A stretch of 29,924 nucleotides of DNA from a virus (IMGVR_UViG_2541047891_000002); one strand, 5' to 3'; shown: positions 15,955 to 27,792, counted from the stretch's first letter. Notes: generated by a model from the sequence alone, not told the origin. Numbers and translations: made by a program.

Positions 15955-17055
15955 ATGAGCAGGCCGGACATGAAAAAACACGCGATTGGTATTGCTGCGC
16001 TGGGTGCGCTGTCCATTGACGATGACGGCTGGTGCCAGCTATTGCCTGCCGGTTATTTCAGTGCCCGTGACGGTCGCCCGTTTGATGTAACAACTGGTCA
16101 GGGCTGGTTCATCGACGGAGAAATTGCCGGACGCCTGATTGAAGGTATCCGCGCACTTAACCAGGACGTGCTGATTGATTACGAGCATAACCAGCTGCGT
16201 AAGGACAAAGGATTACCCCCGGAACAACTGGTCGCGGCTGGCTGGTTTAACGCCGATGAAATGCAGTGGCGTGAAGGTGAAGGGTTATTTATCCACCCAC
16301 GCTGGACAGCGGCAGCCCAGCAGCGCATCGATGACGGTGAATTTGGTTATCTCTCTGCGGTTTTTCCGTATGACACCGCCACTGGTGCGGTACTGCAAAT
16401 CCGCCTTGCTGCGCTGACCAATGATCCCGGGGCCACCGGCATGAAAAAGCTGACCGCACTGGCGGCAGACCTTCCCGACATCCTTCAACAGGAGAACAAA
16501 CCCATGAATGAAACGCTGCGCAAGCTGCTTGCGCGTCTTGGGGTGACTGTCCCCGAAAATGCAGACATCACCGATGAACAGGCAACAGCGGCACTGACCG
16601 CGCTGGACACGCTGGAAAGTAACGCCGGGAAAGTGGCGGCGTTGTCTGCCGAACTGGAAAAGGCACAGAAAGCCGCCGTTGACCTGACGAAATACGTCCC
16701 GGTGGAAAGCTACAACGCCCTGCGTGATGAACTGGCACAGGCGACTGCACAAAGCGCCACAGCCAGCCTGAGCGCCGTTCTGGACAAGGCGGAACAGGAA
16801 GGCCGCATTTTCAAAAGCGAACGTACCTATCTGGAACAGCTTGGCGGTCAGATTGGCGTGGCGGCACTGTCGGCACAGCTTGAGAAAAAACAGCCCATCG
16901 CTGCGTTATCTGCCATGCAGACCACCACAGCGAAAATCCCGTCGCTGGAAAAACCGGCGGTGGCGGTGCTGTCTGCTGATGAACAGGCAGCAGTGAAGGC
17001 GCTCGGCATTACTGAGGCTGAGTATCTGAAAATGAAACAGGAACAAGAAAAATGA
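15955..17055 (+). CDS. I: Head protease / scaffold protein I (scaffold Z expected from an internal start)
   Basis: 366 aa; N-terminal half protease-like, C-terminal half Ala/Glu/Leu/Gln-rich helical scaffold-like sequence; directly upstream of major capsid gene. Confidence 0.85.
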   Translation: MSRPDMKKHAIGIAALGALSIDDDGWCQLLPAGYFSARDGRPFDVTTGQGWFIDGEIAGRLIEGIRALNQDVLIDYEHNQLRKDKGLPPEQLVAAGWFNADEMQWREGEGLFIHPRWTAAAQQRIDDGEFGYLSAVFPYDTATGAVLQIRLAALTNDPGATGMKKLTALAADLPDILQQENKPMNETLRKLLARLGVTVPENADITDEQATAALTALDTLESNAGKVAALSAELEKAQKAAVDLTKYVPVESYNALRDELAQATAQSATASLSAVLDKAEQEGRIFKSERTYLEQLGGQIGVAALSAQLEKKQPIAALSAMQTTTAKIPSLEKPAVAVLSADEQAAVKALGITEAEYLKMKQEQEK

Positions 17056-17969
17056 TTGTCACCCCGGCATCCATTAAAGCCCTGATGACCTCCTGGCGTA
17101 AGGATTTTCAGGGCGGTCTTGAAGACGCCCCGTCGCAGTACAGCAAAATTGCAATGGTGGTGAACTCCTCATCCCGCACTAATACCTATGGCTGGCTGGG
17201 TAAATTCCCTGCCATGAAAGAATGGGTGGGTAAGCGAACCATTCAGCAAATGGCAGCGCATGGCTACTCCATCGCCAATAAAACGTTTGAAGGCACCGTG
17301 GGCGTAAGCCGTGATGACTTCGAGGATGACAATCTGGGTATTTATGCGCCGATGTTTCAGGAGATGGGCCGTTCTGCGGCAGTTCAGCCGGATGAGCTGA
17401 TTTTTAAACTTCTGAAAGATGGCTTTACCCAGCCCTGCTATGACGGTCAGAACTTCTTCGACAAGGAGCATCCGGTATATCCGAATGTGGACGGCACGGG
17501 CAGCGCGGTTAATACCTCCAACATCGTTGAGCAGGACAGCTTCAGCGGTCTGCCATTCTATCTGCTGGACTGCTCCCGCGCAGTCAAACCGCTGATTTTC
17601 CAGGAGCGCCGCAAACCGGAACTGGTCGCACGTACCCGTATCGATGACGACCACGTTTTTATGGATAACGAGTTCCTGTTTGGTGCCAGCGCCCGCCGTG
17701 CTGCCGGTTACGGCTTCTGGCAGATGGCTGTCGCGGTAAAAGGCGATCTGACGCTGGATAACCTCTGGAAGGGCTGGCAACTGATGCGTTCTTTTGAAGG
17801 TGATGGCGGTAAGAAGCTGGGCCTGAAGCCGACGCATATCGTTGTACCGGTCGGACTGGAAAAATCCGCAGAGCAACTGCTTAACCGTGAGCTGTTCGCG
17901 GATGGCAATACCACCGTCTCTAACGAGATGAAGGGTAAGCTGCAACTGGTTGTCGCTGACTACCTGTAA
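17052..17969 (+). CDS. T: Major capsid protein T
   Basis: 305 aa; ATGA overlap with I; followed by a strong terminator; sequence matches recalled Mu T. Confidence 0.88.
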   Translation: MIVTPASIKALMTSWRKDFQGGLEDAPSQYSKIAMVVNSSSRTNTYGWLGKFPAMKEWVGKRTIQQMAAHGYSIANKTFEGTVGVSRDDFEDDNLGIYAPMFQEMGRSAAVQPDELIFKLLKDGFTQPCYDGQNFFDKEHPVYPNVDGTGSAVNTSNIVEQDSFSGLPFYLLDCSRAVKPLIFQERRKPELVARTRIDDDHVFMDNEFLFGASARRAAGYGFWQMAVAVKGDLTLDNLWKGWQLMRSFEGDGGKKLGLKPTHIVVPVGLEKSAEQLLNRELFADGNTTVSNEMKGKLQLVVADYL

Positions 17970-17977
17970 CCGTCGTT

Positions 17978-18001
17978 AAAAGGCGGTTCAGGCCGCCTTT
18001 T
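17978..18001 (+). terminator. Rho-independent terminator after the major capsid gene
   Basis: AAAAGGCGG (17978-17986) / CCGCCTTTT (17993-18001) perfect 9-bp stem with 6-nt loop and T-run in the 3' arm. Confidence 0.75.
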
Positions 18002-18035
18002 AACCTGATTTAAAGGAAAAGGAGGAGCATGTGTT

Positions 18036-18446
18036 ATGTCAGGCACTTCGCTTAATTCACAACGGCTGGACACTTCTCGCATCACTTGCACGGCGATTAT
18101 TAAATGTCTTCGCCCGGTCTACCGCCGCGCCGGTATCGCCTTTACGCGTGGCGAAAACACAGTGGAAGTCACCGAAGAACAACTGGCGATCATCCGTGCC
18201 GACAGCGTGTTGTCTGTTGTATCGACAACGGCAGCAGAAACGCTCGCTGAGGCTGGGGGGCTGGACGTTCTGGGTGTGGGCGATCTGAACGCCCGTATCC
18301 GTGCGACCGTTGCCGGTCTGGATCAGGCAAACCCGGAACACTTTACCGCAGGGGGAGAACCCAAAGTGAAAGCGGTCAGTGCGGTGCTGGGGGAAAACGT
18401 CACTGCGGCACAAATCAAAGCAGCACTAGCTGAGGCACAAGCATGA
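18036..18446 (+). CDS. Mu gp35-like head-associated protein (hypothetical)
   Basis: 136 aa; AAGGAGGAG ~10 nt upstream of ATG 18036; position between T and J. Confidence 0.55.
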   Translation: MSGTSLNSQRLDTSRITCTAIIKCLRPVYRRAGIAFTRGENTVEVTEEQLAIIRADSVLSVVSTTAAETLAEAGGLDVLGVGDLNARIRATVAGLDQANPEHFTAGGEPKVKAVSAVLGENVTAAQIKAALAEAQA

Positions 18447-18865
18447 GCTATGCCTCTCTTGACGACATGGTAAAGCGTTACCAGCGCAGCAATCTGGACA
18501 AACTGACCGCTGATAAATCGGACAACTTTGAACCAGATGATGCACTGATTACGCAGGCGTTACAGGATGCCAGCGCGCTTATCGACGGTTATATCAGTCC
18601 CCGTTACCAGCTGCCATTGTCAGTGGTTCCTGTAACGCTGGTTCGTGTTTGTTGCGATATTGCTTTTTATTACCTGTGTGATGAACAGGCAACAGAGCAA
18701 TGCACACAACGTTACAAAGACGCCATCAGGTGGCTGGGGGTGGTTCTCGACGGAAAATTACCGCTTGGCGCAGATGTGCATGGTGTTGAACCGGTCAGCG
18801 AAAATCTGGTTGAGGTGCAGTCTGACGCAGCCATTTTCTCCCGCAACCAGAAGGGGTTTATCTGA
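18443..18865 (+). CDS. J: Head completion / connector protein J (gp36-like)
   Basis: 140 aa; ATGA overlap with upstream gene; position and size match Mu J. Confidence 0.7.
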   Translation: MSYASLDDMVKRYQRSNLDKLTADKSDNFEPDDALITQALQDASALIDGYISPRYQLPLSVVPVTLVRVCCDIAFYYLCDEQATEQCTQRYKDAIRWLGVVLDGKLPLGADVHGVEPVSENLVEVQSDAAIFSRNQKGFI

Positions 18866-19413
18866 TGATTGCCACCACAGAAGCTGCTTTGCTCGATGCT
18901 GTTCGTGGGTTGTTCGGACGGACGCTGCGGGATGTAAAAACGCATCCCGGCACCTGGTCTGATGCCGCAATTAAAAAAATCCTGATTGCGCCGCCGTCTG
19001 TTTATCTGGCGTGGCTGGGCTGCGGTGAAGGCCGCACCCGCCGTGAAGTGGAAAGCCGCTGGGTGTTTTACGTGGTGGCAAAAATGCTGAACGGTCGGGA
19101 AACCGACCGTCCGGGGATTTACCAGATTGTTGAGCGCCTGATTGCCGGAATGAACGGACATACATTTGGCCCCACAACCGGCCTGCGTCTGACCAGCGTC
19201 CGCAACCTGTATACCGATGCCCAGAGTAATTCAGGAGTCGCATTGTACGGTATCTATTTCAGTGGCATCACGCCGTTACCGTCCGGTGTGGATCTGGACT
19301 CGCTGGATGATTACGAGCGCCACTGGCAGACCTGGAAATTCCCGGACGAAACCCCGGAATTTGCCGCACATATCAATGTGAATCAGGAAAAGGATCATGA
19401 TGCTGAAAATTAA
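18865..19413 (+). CDS. K: Tail-proximal neck protein K (gp37-like)
   Basis: 182 aa; overlaps J stop; position and size match Mu K. Confidence 0.7.
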   Translation: MIATTEAALLDAVRGLFGRTLRDVKTHPGTWSDAAIKKILIAPPSVYLAWLGCGEGRTRREVESRWVFYVVAKMLNGRETDRPGIYQIVERLIAGMNGHTFGPTTGLRLTSVRNLYTDAQSNSGVALYGIYFSGITPLPSGVDLDSLDDYERHWQTWKFPDETPEFAAHINVNQEKDHDAEN

Positions 19414-19603
19414 ACCCGCAGCGGGAAAAGCCATCCGTGACCCGCTCACGATGAAATTACTGGCTCCGGAGGGAGAAGAAAAGCCCCGTAACAGTTTCTG
19501 GATACGTCGCCTTGCAGCCGGTGATGTGGTTGAAGTCGGGAGCACCGAAAACACGGCGGATGATACCGACGCTGCGCCGAAAAAACGGAGTAAATCGAAA
19601 TGA
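19397..19603 (+). CDS. Small conserved protein preceding the sheath gene (gp38-like)
   Basis: 68 aa; overlaps K 3' end and sheath start. Confidence 0.55.
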   Translation: MMLKIKPAAGKAIRDPLTMKLLAPEGEEKPRNSFWIRRLAAGDVVEVGSTENTADDTDAAPKKRSKSK

Positions 19604-21087
19604 GCGATATTTCATTTAACGCGATCCCGTCAGATGTTCGCGTTCCCCTGACGTATATCGAATTTGATAACAGTAATGCCGTCAGCGGAACACCGGCACC
19701 CCGTCAGCGCGTGCTGATGTTCGGGCAAAGCGGAAGTAAAGCCAGTGCGGCACCAAACGTGCCTGTCCGTATCCGTTCCGGCTCACAGGCCAGTGCGGCG
19801 TTTGGTCAGGGTTCCATGCTGGCACTGATGGCAGATGCATTCCTGAACGCTAACCGCGTGGCGGAGCTGTGGTGTATCCCGCAGGGGAACGGCACCGGTA
19901 ATGCTGCTGTCGGTGAAATCTCACTGTCAGGAACGGCAGGCGAAAACGGCTCGCTTGTGACTTACATTGCCGGTCAGCGACTGGCGGTATCTGTCGCAGC
20001 AGGTGCAACGGGAGCGGCGCTGGCTGACCTGCTGGTTGCCCGAATCAAAGGCCAGCCTGATTTACCGGTGACGGCAGAAGTTCGCGCAGACAGCGGGGAT
20101 GATGACACCCATGCAGATGTGGTTCTGAGTGCAAAATTTACGGGTGCATTATCTGCCGTGGATGTGCGCTGGAACTATTACGCGGGTGAAACCACCCCTT
20201 ACGGGATTATCACGGCATTCAAAGCCGCATCCGGGAAAAACAACAACCCGGATATCAGCGCCAGCATCGCGGGGATGGGTGATCTGCAATACAAATATAT
20301 TGTGATGCCTTACACCGATGAACCAAACCTGAATCTGTTACGCACTGAATTGCAGGAACGCTGGGGGCCGGTCAATCAGGCTGATGGCTTTGCAGTAACG
20401 GTGTTGTCCGGCACGTATGGGGACATTTCCACGTTTGGTGTCAGTCGTAACGACCATCTGATCTCCTGTATGGGAATTGCCGGTGCACCGGAACCGTCAT
20501 ATCTGTACGCCGCCACACTGTGTGCCGTTGCCAGTCAGGCGCTTTCCATCGACCCGGCACGTCCGCTCCAGACGCTGACGCTGCCCGGAAGAATGCCGCC
20601 TGCGGTGGGTGATCGTTTCACCTGGTCAGAACGTAATGCCCTGCTGTTTGACGGCATCTCCACGTTTAACGTGAATGATGGTGGTGAAATGCAGATTGAA
20701 CGCATGATCACGATGTACCGCACAAACAAGTACGGTGACAGCGATCCGTCTTATCTGAACGTGAATACCATCGCCACGCTGAGTTATCTACGTTATTCGC
20801 TGCGAACCCGCATCACGCAGAAATTCCCGAACTACAAACTGGCAAGTGATGGCACCCGCTTTGCCACTGGTCAGGCCGTGGTGACGCCATCCGTGATCAA
20901 AACGGAGCTGCTGGCACTGTTTGAAGAGTGGGAAAGCGCCGGGCTGGTTGAGGATTTCGACACGTTCAAAGAGGAGCTGTACGTTGCACGTAACAGCGAT
21001 GACAAAGACCGTCTTGATGTGCTGTGCGGCCCGAATCTGATTAACCAGTTCCGCATTTTCGCGGCACAAGTTCAGTTCATTCTGTAA
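19600..21087 (+). CDS. L: Contractile tail sheath protein L
   Basis: 495 aa; followed by tube protein gene; size and position typical of Mu L. Confidence 0.88.
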   Translation: MSDISFNAIPSDVRVPLTYIEFDNSNAVSGTPAPRQRVLMFGQSGSKASAAPNVPVRIRSGSQASAAFGQGSMLALMADAFLNANRVAELWCIPQGNGTGNAAVGEISLSGTAGENGSLVTYIAGQRLAVSVAAGATGAALADLLVARIKGQPDLPVTAEVRADSGDDDTHADVVLSAKFTGALSAVDVRWNYYAGETTPYGIITAFKAASGKNNNPDISASIAGMGDLQYKYIVMPYTDEPNLNLLRTELQERWGPVNQADGFAVTVLSGTYGDISTFGVSRNDHLISCMGIAGAPEPSYLYAATLCAVASQALSIDPARPLQTLTLPGRMPPAVGDRFTWSERNALLFDGISTFNVNDGGEMQIERMITMYRTNKYGDSDPSYLNVNTIATLSYLRYSLRTRITQKFPNYKLASDGTRFATGQAVVTPSVIKTELLALFEEWESAGLVEDFDTFKEELYVARNSDDKDRLDVLCGPNLINQFRIFAAQVQFIL

Positions 21088-21096
21088 GGAGCATTT

Positions 21097-21453
21097 ATGG
21101 CTGGAAATCAGCGTCAGGGGGTGGCGTTCATCCGTGTCAATGGCATGGAGCTTGAAACGATGGAGGGGGCCTCCTTCACACCTTCCGGCATCACCCGTGA
21201 AGAAGTGACCGGCTCGCGGGTTTATGGCTGGAAAGGTAAACCACGTGCCGCAAAGCTGGAATGCAAAATTCCGGGCGGTGGTGATATCGGTCTGGATGAA
21301 ATCATCGGCTGGGAAAATATCACGGCAGAGTTTCAGGCAGATACCGGGGAAACCTGGATGATGGCGAATGCCTGGCAGGCAGATGAACCGAAAAACGACG
21401 GCGGCGAAATTTCGCTGGTACTGATGGCAAAACAAAGCAAACGCATTGCATAA
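21097..21453 (+). CDS. M: Tail tube protein M
   Basis: 118 aa immediately after sheath gene. Confidence 0.82.
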   Translation: MAGNQRQGVAFIRVNGMELETMEGASFTPSGITREEVTGSRVYGWKGKPRAAKLECKIPGGGDIGLDEIIGWENITAEFQADTGETWMMANAWQADEPKNDGGEISLVLMAKQSKRIA

Positions 21454-21462
21454 GGGGAAACA

Positions 21463-21897
21463 ATGGACGAAATGAATTTAAGTCCTGAAGCACAGGAACT
21501 GCGTGACAGTATTGTGGCGGAGCTTCAGTCCGGTGGGCTGAAACTGAAAGACGGCCTGCCGTTCGGCACCGGTGACGAGACTGAAATGCAGTATGACGTC
21601 ACACTGCGTGAACTGACCGCAGGCGATCTGATTGATGCCCAGGCGGCTGCTGAAAAGCTGGTAATGAGCAAGGAAGGCCCGGTGCTGGTCAGTTCCCCGT
21701 CCCGGATGGGACTGGAAATGCTGCGCCGACAGATTGCCAGCGTGGGTTGCATCAAAGGCCCGTTATCGCTGGCGCTGATGCGCAAGCTGTCTGTTGATGA
21801 CTTCCAGCGTCTGTCGCTGGCTACAGAGATGCACGACATGGCTGTGGCGGCATCGCTGACGCAAGAACGGGGGCGAGTGGCTGCGGTGCCGGAATGA
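21463..21897 (+). CDS. Tail assembly chaperone (gp41-like)
   Basis: 144 aa between tube and tape-measure genes; an alternative frame stays open to 22027 (see findings). Confidence 0.7.
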   Translation: MDEMNLSPEAQELRDSIVAELQSGGLKLKDGLPFGTGDETEMQYDVTLRELTAGDLIDAQAAAEKLVMSKEGPVLVSSPSRMGLEMLRRQIASVGCIKGPLSLALMRKLSVDDFQRLSLATEMHDMAVAASLTQERGRVAAVPE

Positions 21898-22041
21898 TAT
21901 TGAGAAAGCGGCGACAGCGATTGGCGTTATTCTGAAAAGTGGCCCGGAATGGGCCTTGTCTCTCCCGCTGTCCCGCTTTTTCCGGCACTGCCAGCAGGCT
22001 AAAACCCTCTCTCAATATCACCGTTAAATCAGGAAATATCT

Positions 22042-24153
22042 ATGACCGGGAAACGCTTAAAAGCGTCAGTCATTATTGACCTTAATGGCAATCTTTCCCG
22101 GCGTTCCCGCCAGTATTCGAACCAGATAAACGCCCTGTCCCGTAGTGGGCAAAGTTCCCTGCGTGCCCTGCGTATGGAAGTGGTGCGCGTGTCTGGTGCC
22201 ATCGACAGAATGGGTTCTCTCTCAACCCGTACATTCCGAATGCTGTCAGCCGGGGCGCTGGGTGTTGCCGGGGTGGGTTACACCGCCAATAAACTGTTTA
22301 TCAGCGCAGCAGCTCAACGTGAACAGCAGATTATCGCCATGAACTCGCTGTATCACGGCGATAAGGCCAGAGCGCAGGCAATGATGGTCTGGGCGAAGCA
22401 GAACGCGAAGGACACCACGTGGGGGCTGAGTGGTGTTCTTGATGAGATCCGTTCGTCGAAAGGCTTCGGCATGACGGATGAACAGACGAAACAGTTCATC
22501 ACCATGTTGCAGGATCAGGGGGCCATGCACGGCTGGGATTTACCCACTGCACAGGGTGCCTCACTGCAACTGAAACAGATGTTCGCCCGCCAGCAAATCA
22601 CAGCGGCGGATGCCAACCTGCTGACCGGTTACGGTATCAACGTTTATCAGGCGCTGGCGGATGCAACGGGAACGGACGTTAAAAAAATCCGTGATCTGGG
22701 GACAAAGGGCAAGCTGGGCATGAAATCCATTCTGACGGTATTCAGAACACTGTCAGAACAGTCAAAAGGTGCACAGGCCAGTGCGATGAACTCCTGGGAC
22801 GGGATGTTCGCCCAGATGGAAGCCAACCTGCTTGAATTTCGCATAAAGGTGGCAAACAGCGGCCCTTTTGAAGAAATCAAGAATGAGATGCGCCGGGTGC
22901 TTAACTGGCACGATGCGGCGGATAAATCCGGGGAGCTTGATAAACGGGCTGATGAAATTGGTCAGAAATTCCTGACCACATTCAGAACCCTGAAATCTGC
23001 GGCACAGGAGTTATGGCGCTGGCTGAAACCGGGTAAAGATGCGCTGGCATGGGTTGACCAGAATATTGTCAGCCTGAAAAAACTGGCTGCTGTTCTGGTG
23101 TCTGTCTGGCTTGCCAATAAAGCACTGAGGGCGGGCTGGGCCGTGGCGAAGCCATCATGGCAGGTTGCCAGCTATCCGTTCAAAACCGGGCGTCGAATGT
23201 GGCGCTGGATGCGAAAACGCAAACATGGACAGACAGGCATTCCGGCACCGGATGCGCTACCTGCTACAGAACTACTGCGGGAACTGACAGTTCAGCGCGT
23301 TTTTGTGACTAACTGGCCCAACGGGTTCGGTGGATATGGCGGATTTTCCCGATACGGAGGTAAAACACCGGCAGCATTGCCCCGCCAGCCGTTATTGCTG
23401 TCCGGGCCACAACCGCTGGCACTTCCGGCCCCACGCACTGTTCCCGCATTACCAGCACCGAAACCACTGGCATTACCTGCACCATCCCCGGTACTGGCAT
23501 TGCCATCTCCCGGTGTGCCGGGGGCCACACGGCGCACATCGTTACCTTTACCCGGCAAATCCGGTCTGTTGAGCAGGCTTGCAGGCAGTGCTGCCGGACA
23601 ACTGGTTACGGGAACAATCGGAAAGCTGGCTGGTGCCGGTCGTACCGTTGGCGGGTTGTTTTCCGGTATCGGAAACAAACTTGCAGACAGTGCCATTGGT
23701 CGGGTTGTGACAAAAGGGGCCGGGGCGCTGGGCTGGATGGGGAAAGGCGCGGGTCGTGCACTGTCACGTCTTGGCGGTCCGGTGATGGGGGCACTCCAGC
23801 TTGCTCCCGTTCTGATGGATGAACAGGCATCAACTCATGAAAAAGCCGGAGCAATTGGCAGCACTGCCGGCGCCTGGCTCGGCGGTGCCGTTGGCAGCCT
23901 TGCCGGACCGCTGGGCACGGTTGCCGGTGCCACGCTGGGCAGTGTCGCCGGGGAATATCTGGGCGGTTTTGTGACTGACCTGTATCAGAAATGGACGGCC
24001 CCGGAAAGGGAACCGCAGGAACAAAAAGTGAATGCGGAAGCATCGCTGCGTGTCGAGCTTGGCGAAGGATTACGTCTGACCAGTTCCCGCGTCACCGAGG
24101 ATGGTATGGGGCTGAATATTTACGCGGGCGATAACTACATTACAGGCTGGTAA
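22042..24153 (+). CDS. Tail tape measure protein
   Basis: 703 aa; helical N-terminal half, Pro-rich repeat region and Gly/Ala-rich C-terminal part; canonical position after the chaperone. Confidence 0.85.
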   Translation: MTGKRLKASVIIDLNGNLSRRSRQYSNQINALSRSGQSSLRALRMEVVRVSGAIDRMGSLSTRTFRMLSAGALGVAGVGYTANKLFISAAAQREQQIIAMNSLYHGDKARAQAMMVWAKQNAKDTTWGLSGVLDEIRSSKGFGMTDEQTKQFITMLQDQGAMHGWDLPTAQGASLQLKQMFARQQITAADANLLTGYGINVYQALADATGTDVKKIRDLGTKGKLGMKSILTVFRTLSEQSKGAQASAMNSWDGMFAQMEANLLEFRIKVANSGPFEEIKNEMRRVLNWHDAADKSGELDKRADEIGQKFLTTFRTLKSAAQELWRWLKPGKDALAWVDQNIVSLKKLAAVLVSVWLANKALRAGWAVAKPSWQVASYPFKTGRRMWRWMRKRKHGQTGIPAPDALPATELLRELTVQRVFVTNWPNGFGGYGGFSRYGGKTPAALPRQPLLLSGPQPLALPAPRTVPALPAPKPLALPAPSPVLALPSPGVPGATRRTSLPLPGKSGLLSRLAGSAAGQLVTGTIGKLAGAGRTVGGLFSGIGNKLADSAIGRVVTKGAGALGWMGKGAGRALSRLGGPVMGALQLAPVLMDEQASTHEKAGAIGSTAGAWLGGAVGSLAGPLGTVAGATLGSVAGEYLGGFVTDLYQKWTAPEREPQEQKVNAEASLRVELGEGLRLTSSRVTEDGMGLNIYAGDNYITGW

Positions 24154-24157
24154 AACC

Positions 24158-25645
24158 ATGTTTGAAGATGCTTTAAATGCCGTTAATTCTGTCCGGGATA
24201 AAATCGGCGGTGGTAAGAAAACAACCGGCAAAGGCACGTTCCGTAACGTGCCGTTTCTCGTCATTGAGGAGCAAAAACAGGCTGGCGGACGTCGTCTGGT
24301 TAAACGCGAGTACCCGTTACGTGATACCGGCGGTGTCAATGACCTGGGGAAAAAACTTCGCTCCCGCACATTCAGCATCTGCATTCTGAACAGCAACGCA
24401 GAGACTGCCAGAGATGAAGCGGGTGCGCTGATGGATGCTCTTGATGCACCGGGCAGCGGCGAACTGGTGCATCCAGAGTTCGGCACTGTGGACGTCATGG
24501 TGGATTCATGGGAATGCCGTACTAAAGCGGATGAACTGAATTATTACGCGTTCACCGTTACCGTTTATCCGTCGTTGCAGGATACAGCCCCGGACGCAGA
24601 AACAGACACCAGTACAGCCGTATCTGCACAGGCCGTTGCTGTAACTGGTTCGCTGGGGGATACGTTGTCCTCTGTCTGGCAGACCGTAAAAGATGGCACA
24701 GCGGCGGCAACAGCCGTAATGGATGCCGTAACCGGCGTCATCGATGATATCTGTGATGCGGTGGATAATCTGGGGATCACCCAGACTATCAGCGGCCTGA
24801 TGGGGTCACTTTCTGCAATGAAAGGTTCTGTGACCGGCCTGATAAATAAACCAGCCATGCTGACATCTTCACTGATGGGGGCGTTATCCGGCGTTTCATC
24901 GTTATGCGATACCCGGACAGCATTTTCCACCTGGAACCGTCTGGCGCAGCGGTTCGAAAGCCGACATGCCTCCACCACTGACAGACAAGGTGCCATTACC
25001 ACTTCATACAGCAGCCCGGTTGCAGAAAAAAATATTGCCACACTGAACTACGTCATGCTGGCAGCAGCACAGACATACCGGGCGGAGGCAGCAAGCCAGG
25101 CACTGACTGCGGCACTGGATTCCAGCCGTCAGATGGATAATGCCGCCCGTGCACCGGCGCTGGATGTATCAGTCACAACAACCGGCATCGCCAGTGGTGC
25201 CAGCAGCACATCGTCCACGGTCACACAAAGCCAGTTGCAGTTAACCGGGATAACCCCGGACGGCGGCTTTTCACCAGTATCCTTTTCAGACAGTAGCACA
25301 GCCACGCCCCCGGTATTTGAAAGCGTGTCCGATATCGAAAAAACAACTGCCATGCTGGGGGCGGCGCTGGATAGCGTCATTCTGACGGCATCTGAGCAGG
25401 GTTTTTCGACAGACAGTGTTCAGCTTACGCAACTGCGTCTGCTGGTTGTTGCCGACCAGGAAAAACGCGGGCTGCAACTGGCGGGTAGTGAATCACACCA
25501 CCTGCCGGAAACGCTCCCGGCAATGGTGGCACTGTACCGGTTCACCGGAAACAGCCGGAACTGGCAACGGCTGGCCCGCAGGAACGGTATCAGCAACCCG
25601 TTATTTGTTCCCGGTGGTGTCAGTATTGAGGTGATTAATGAGTAA
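24158..25645 (+). CDS. N: DNA circularisation protein N
   Basis: 495 aa directly after tape measure; position and size match Mu N. Confidence 0.8.
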   Translation: MFEDALNAVNSVRDKIGGGKKTTGKGTFRNVPFLVIEEQKQAGGRRLVKREYPLRDTGGVNDLGKKLRSRTFSICILNSNAETARDEAGALMDALDAPGSGELVHPEFGTVDVMVDSWECRTKADELNYYAFTVTVYPSLQDTAPDAETDTSTAVSAQAVAVTGSLGDTLSSVWQTVKDGTAAATAVMDAVTGVIDDICDAVDNLGITQTISGLMGSLSAMKGSVTGLINKPAMLTSSLMGALSGVSSLCDTRTAFSTWNRLAQRFESRHASTTDRQGAITTSYSSPVAEKNIATLNYVMLAAAQTYRAEAASQALTAALDSSRQMDNAARAPALDVSVTTTGIASGASSTSSTVTQSQLQLTGITPDGGFSPVSFSDSSTATPPVFESVSDIEKTTAMLGAALDSVILTASEQGFSTDSVQLTQLRLLVVADQEKRGLQLAGSESHHLPETLPAMVALYRFTGNSRNWQRLARRNGISNPLFVPGGVSIEVINE

Positions 25646-26777
25646 TACCGTTACACTGCGAGCGGATGGCAGGCTGTTTACCGGCTGGACGTCAGTCTCT
25701 GTCACCCGCTCCATTGAATCCGTAGCCGGATATTTTGAGCTGGGGGTGAATGTGCCACCGGGTACAGATTTATCCGGGCTGGCACCGGGGAAAGCGTTCA
25801 CGCTGGAAATCGACGGGCAGATTGTCTGCACCGGTTACATCGATTCGCGGCGACGCCAGATGACCGCTGACAGCATGAAAATCATTATTGCCGGGCGCGA
25901 CAAAACGGCTGACCTGATTGACTGTGCAGCCGTTTACAGTGGCGGGCAGTGGAAAAACCGCACACTGGAACAGATTGCGCGTGACCTGTGCGCTCCTTAT
26001 GGCGTTACCGTTCGCTGGGAGCTTTCCGATAAGGAAAGTTCGGCAGCTTTTCCCGGCTTCACGCTGGACCATTCAGAAACCGTTTATGAGGCGCTGGTGC
26101 GTGCCTCCCGCGCACGCGGTGTACTGATGACCAGCAATGCCGCAGGAGAGCTGGTATTCAGCCGGGCTGCCAGCACAGCCACTGATGAGCTGGTTCTCGG
26201 AGAAAATCTGCTGACACTGGATTTTGAGGAAGACTTCCGCGACCGGTTCAGCGAATACACCGTCAAGGGGTATGCCCGCGCAAACGGTGCTGAGGGTGAT
26301 GATATTGATGCGAAAAGTATCGTCTCCCGGAAAGGGACCGCCACTGACAGTGATGTGACCCGTTACAGACCGATGATCATCATTGCCGACAGCAAAATTA
26401 CGGCGAAGGATGCACAGGCCCGCGCCCTGCGTGAGCAACGCCGCAGACTGGCAAAATCCATCACCTTTGAGGCAGAAATTGACGGATGGACACGCAAGGA
26501 CGGGCAACTCTGGATGCCGAACCTGCTGGTCACTATTGATGCCTCGAAATATGCCATCAAAACCACAGAATTACTGGTCAGCAAAGTCACCCTGATACTG
26601 AATGACCAGGACGGGCTGAAAACCCGCCTCAGCCTTGCACCACGCGAAGGCTTTCTGGTGCCGGTTGAAAGCGACCGTAAAAACAGGAAAGGCGGCGACA
26701 GTAACGGCGGTATTGATGCGCTGGTTGAAGATTATTATCGCAGACACCCGGAGAAAACGCCGCCGTGGAAAGAGTAA
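25638..26777 (+). CDS. P: Baseplate hub protein P (phage late control gene D family)
   Basis: 379 aa; overlaps N stop; position and size match Mu P. Confidence 0.82.
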   Translation: MSNTVTLRADGRLFTGWTSVSVTRSIESVAGYFELGVNVPPGTDLSGLAPGKAFTLEIDGQIVCTGYIDSRRRQMTADSMKIIIAGRDKTADLIDCAAVYSGGQWKNRTLEQIARDLCAPYGVTVRWELSDKESSAAFPGFTLDHSETVYEALVRASRARGVLMTSNAAGELVFSRAASTATDELVLGENLLTLDFEEDFRDRFSEYTVKGYARANGAEGDDIDAKSIVSRKGTATDSDVTRYRPMIIIADSKITAKDAQARALREQRRRLAKSITFEAEIDGWTRKDGQLWMPNLLVTIDASKYAIKTTELLVSKVTLILNDQDGLKTRLSLAPREGFLVPVESDRKNRKGGDSNGGIDALVEDYYRRHPEKTPPWKE

Positions 26778-27358
26778 ATGATTCCGCCATGAACCGCCTG
26801 TTGACACCGCTGATGCGTCGTGTGCGTCTGATGCTTGCGCGTGCCGTTGTTAACGTGATTAACGACGGGCGAAAGGTTCAGAACCTGCAGGTCGGTCTGC
26901 TGGATGATGAGGAATCTGATGAAGTGGAGCGCCTGCAAAATTACGGGCATTTCAGCGTTCCCCTGCCGGGCGCAGAGGCGCTGATTGCCTGTGTGGGTGC
27001 ACAACGTGATCAGGGGATTGCCGTTGTGGTGGAAGACCGCCGCTACCGCCCGACAAATCTTGAACCGGGTGATGCAGGCATTTACCACCACGAGGGGCAT
27101 CGAATCAGGCTGACAAAGGACGGGCGCTGCATCATTACCTGTAAAACGGTTGAGGTTTACGCTGATGAAGGTATGACCGTTGATACACCCAGAACCACAT
27201 TTACCGGCGACGTTGAGATCCAGAAAGGTCTGGGCGTTAAAGGTAAAAGCCAGTTCGACAGCAATATTACTGCCCCGGATGCCATCATCAATGGCAAATC
27301 GACGGATAAGCATATCCACCGCGGCGACAGCGGCGGAACCACGGGGCCGATGCAATGA
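26765..27358 (+). CDS. Q: Baseplate central spike protein Q (gp45-like)
   Basis: 197 aa; C-terminal HIHRGDSGG; overlaps P stop. Confidence 0.8.
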   Translation: MERVNDSAMNRLLTPLMRRVRLMLARAVVNVINDGRKVQNLQVGLLDDEESDEVERLQNYGHFSVPLPGAEALIACVGAQRDQGIAVVVEDRRYRPTNLEPGDAGIYHHEGHRIRLTKDGRCIITCKTVEVYADEGMTVDTPRTTFTGDVEIQKGLGVKGKSQFDSNITAPDAIINGKSTDKHIHRGDSGGTTGPMQ

Positions 27359-27792
27359 CCGATTTAGCCATTATCTGGACGAACGGACGCGGCGATATTG
27401 CACAGGATGGCATTGATATGCTGACCGACGACAGCCTGACAACCGATGTGACAATCTCCCTGTTTACAGACCGGCGCGCGCTGGATTCTGACACGCTGCC
27501 GGATGGTTCAGATAATCGCCGTGGATGGTGGGGGGACAGTTACCGCGACCGCCCCATCGGTTCGCGGTTGTGGCTGTTGTCACGTGAAAAAGCCACGCCG
27601 GATACGCTGGAACGCGCCAGAGGGTATGCCGAAGAGGCGCTGGAATGGCTGAAAACAGCGGGCCGGGTAAGTGCGATTAACGTCAGAGCGGAACAGTTAC
27701 ATCAGGGCTGGTTATACCTCTACATTGCACTGACATTACCGGATGGTTCCGTTATTCCTTATGAGTTTAAAGCAGCATTTAACGGGGTTTAA
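27355..27792 (+). CDS. V: Baseplate wedge protein V (gp46 / T4 gp25-like)
   Basis: 145 aa; ATGA overlap with Q. Confidence 0.8.
   Translation: MTDLAIIWTNGRGDIAQDGIDMLTDDSLTTDVTISLFTDRRALDSDTLPDGSDNRRGWWGDSYRDRPIGSRLWLLSREKATPDTLERARGYAEEALEWLKTAGRVSAINVRAEQLHQGWLYLYIALTLPDGSVIPYEFKAAFNGV

Noticed and set aside
17169-17945. - strand ORF of 258 aa inside the major capsid gene T
   Set aside because: Antisense to a highly conserved structural gene; long only because the opposite frame happens to lack stops
20788-21435. - strand ORF of 215 aa spanning the sheath/tube junction
   Set aside because: Antisense to two conserved tail genes with no independent signals
23292-24043. Several - strand ORFs (76-145 aa) within the tape-measure gene
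   Set aside because: Embedded in the GC-rich, repeat-containing tape-measure gene, with Pro/Arg/Gly-rich translations; judged as shadow ORFs
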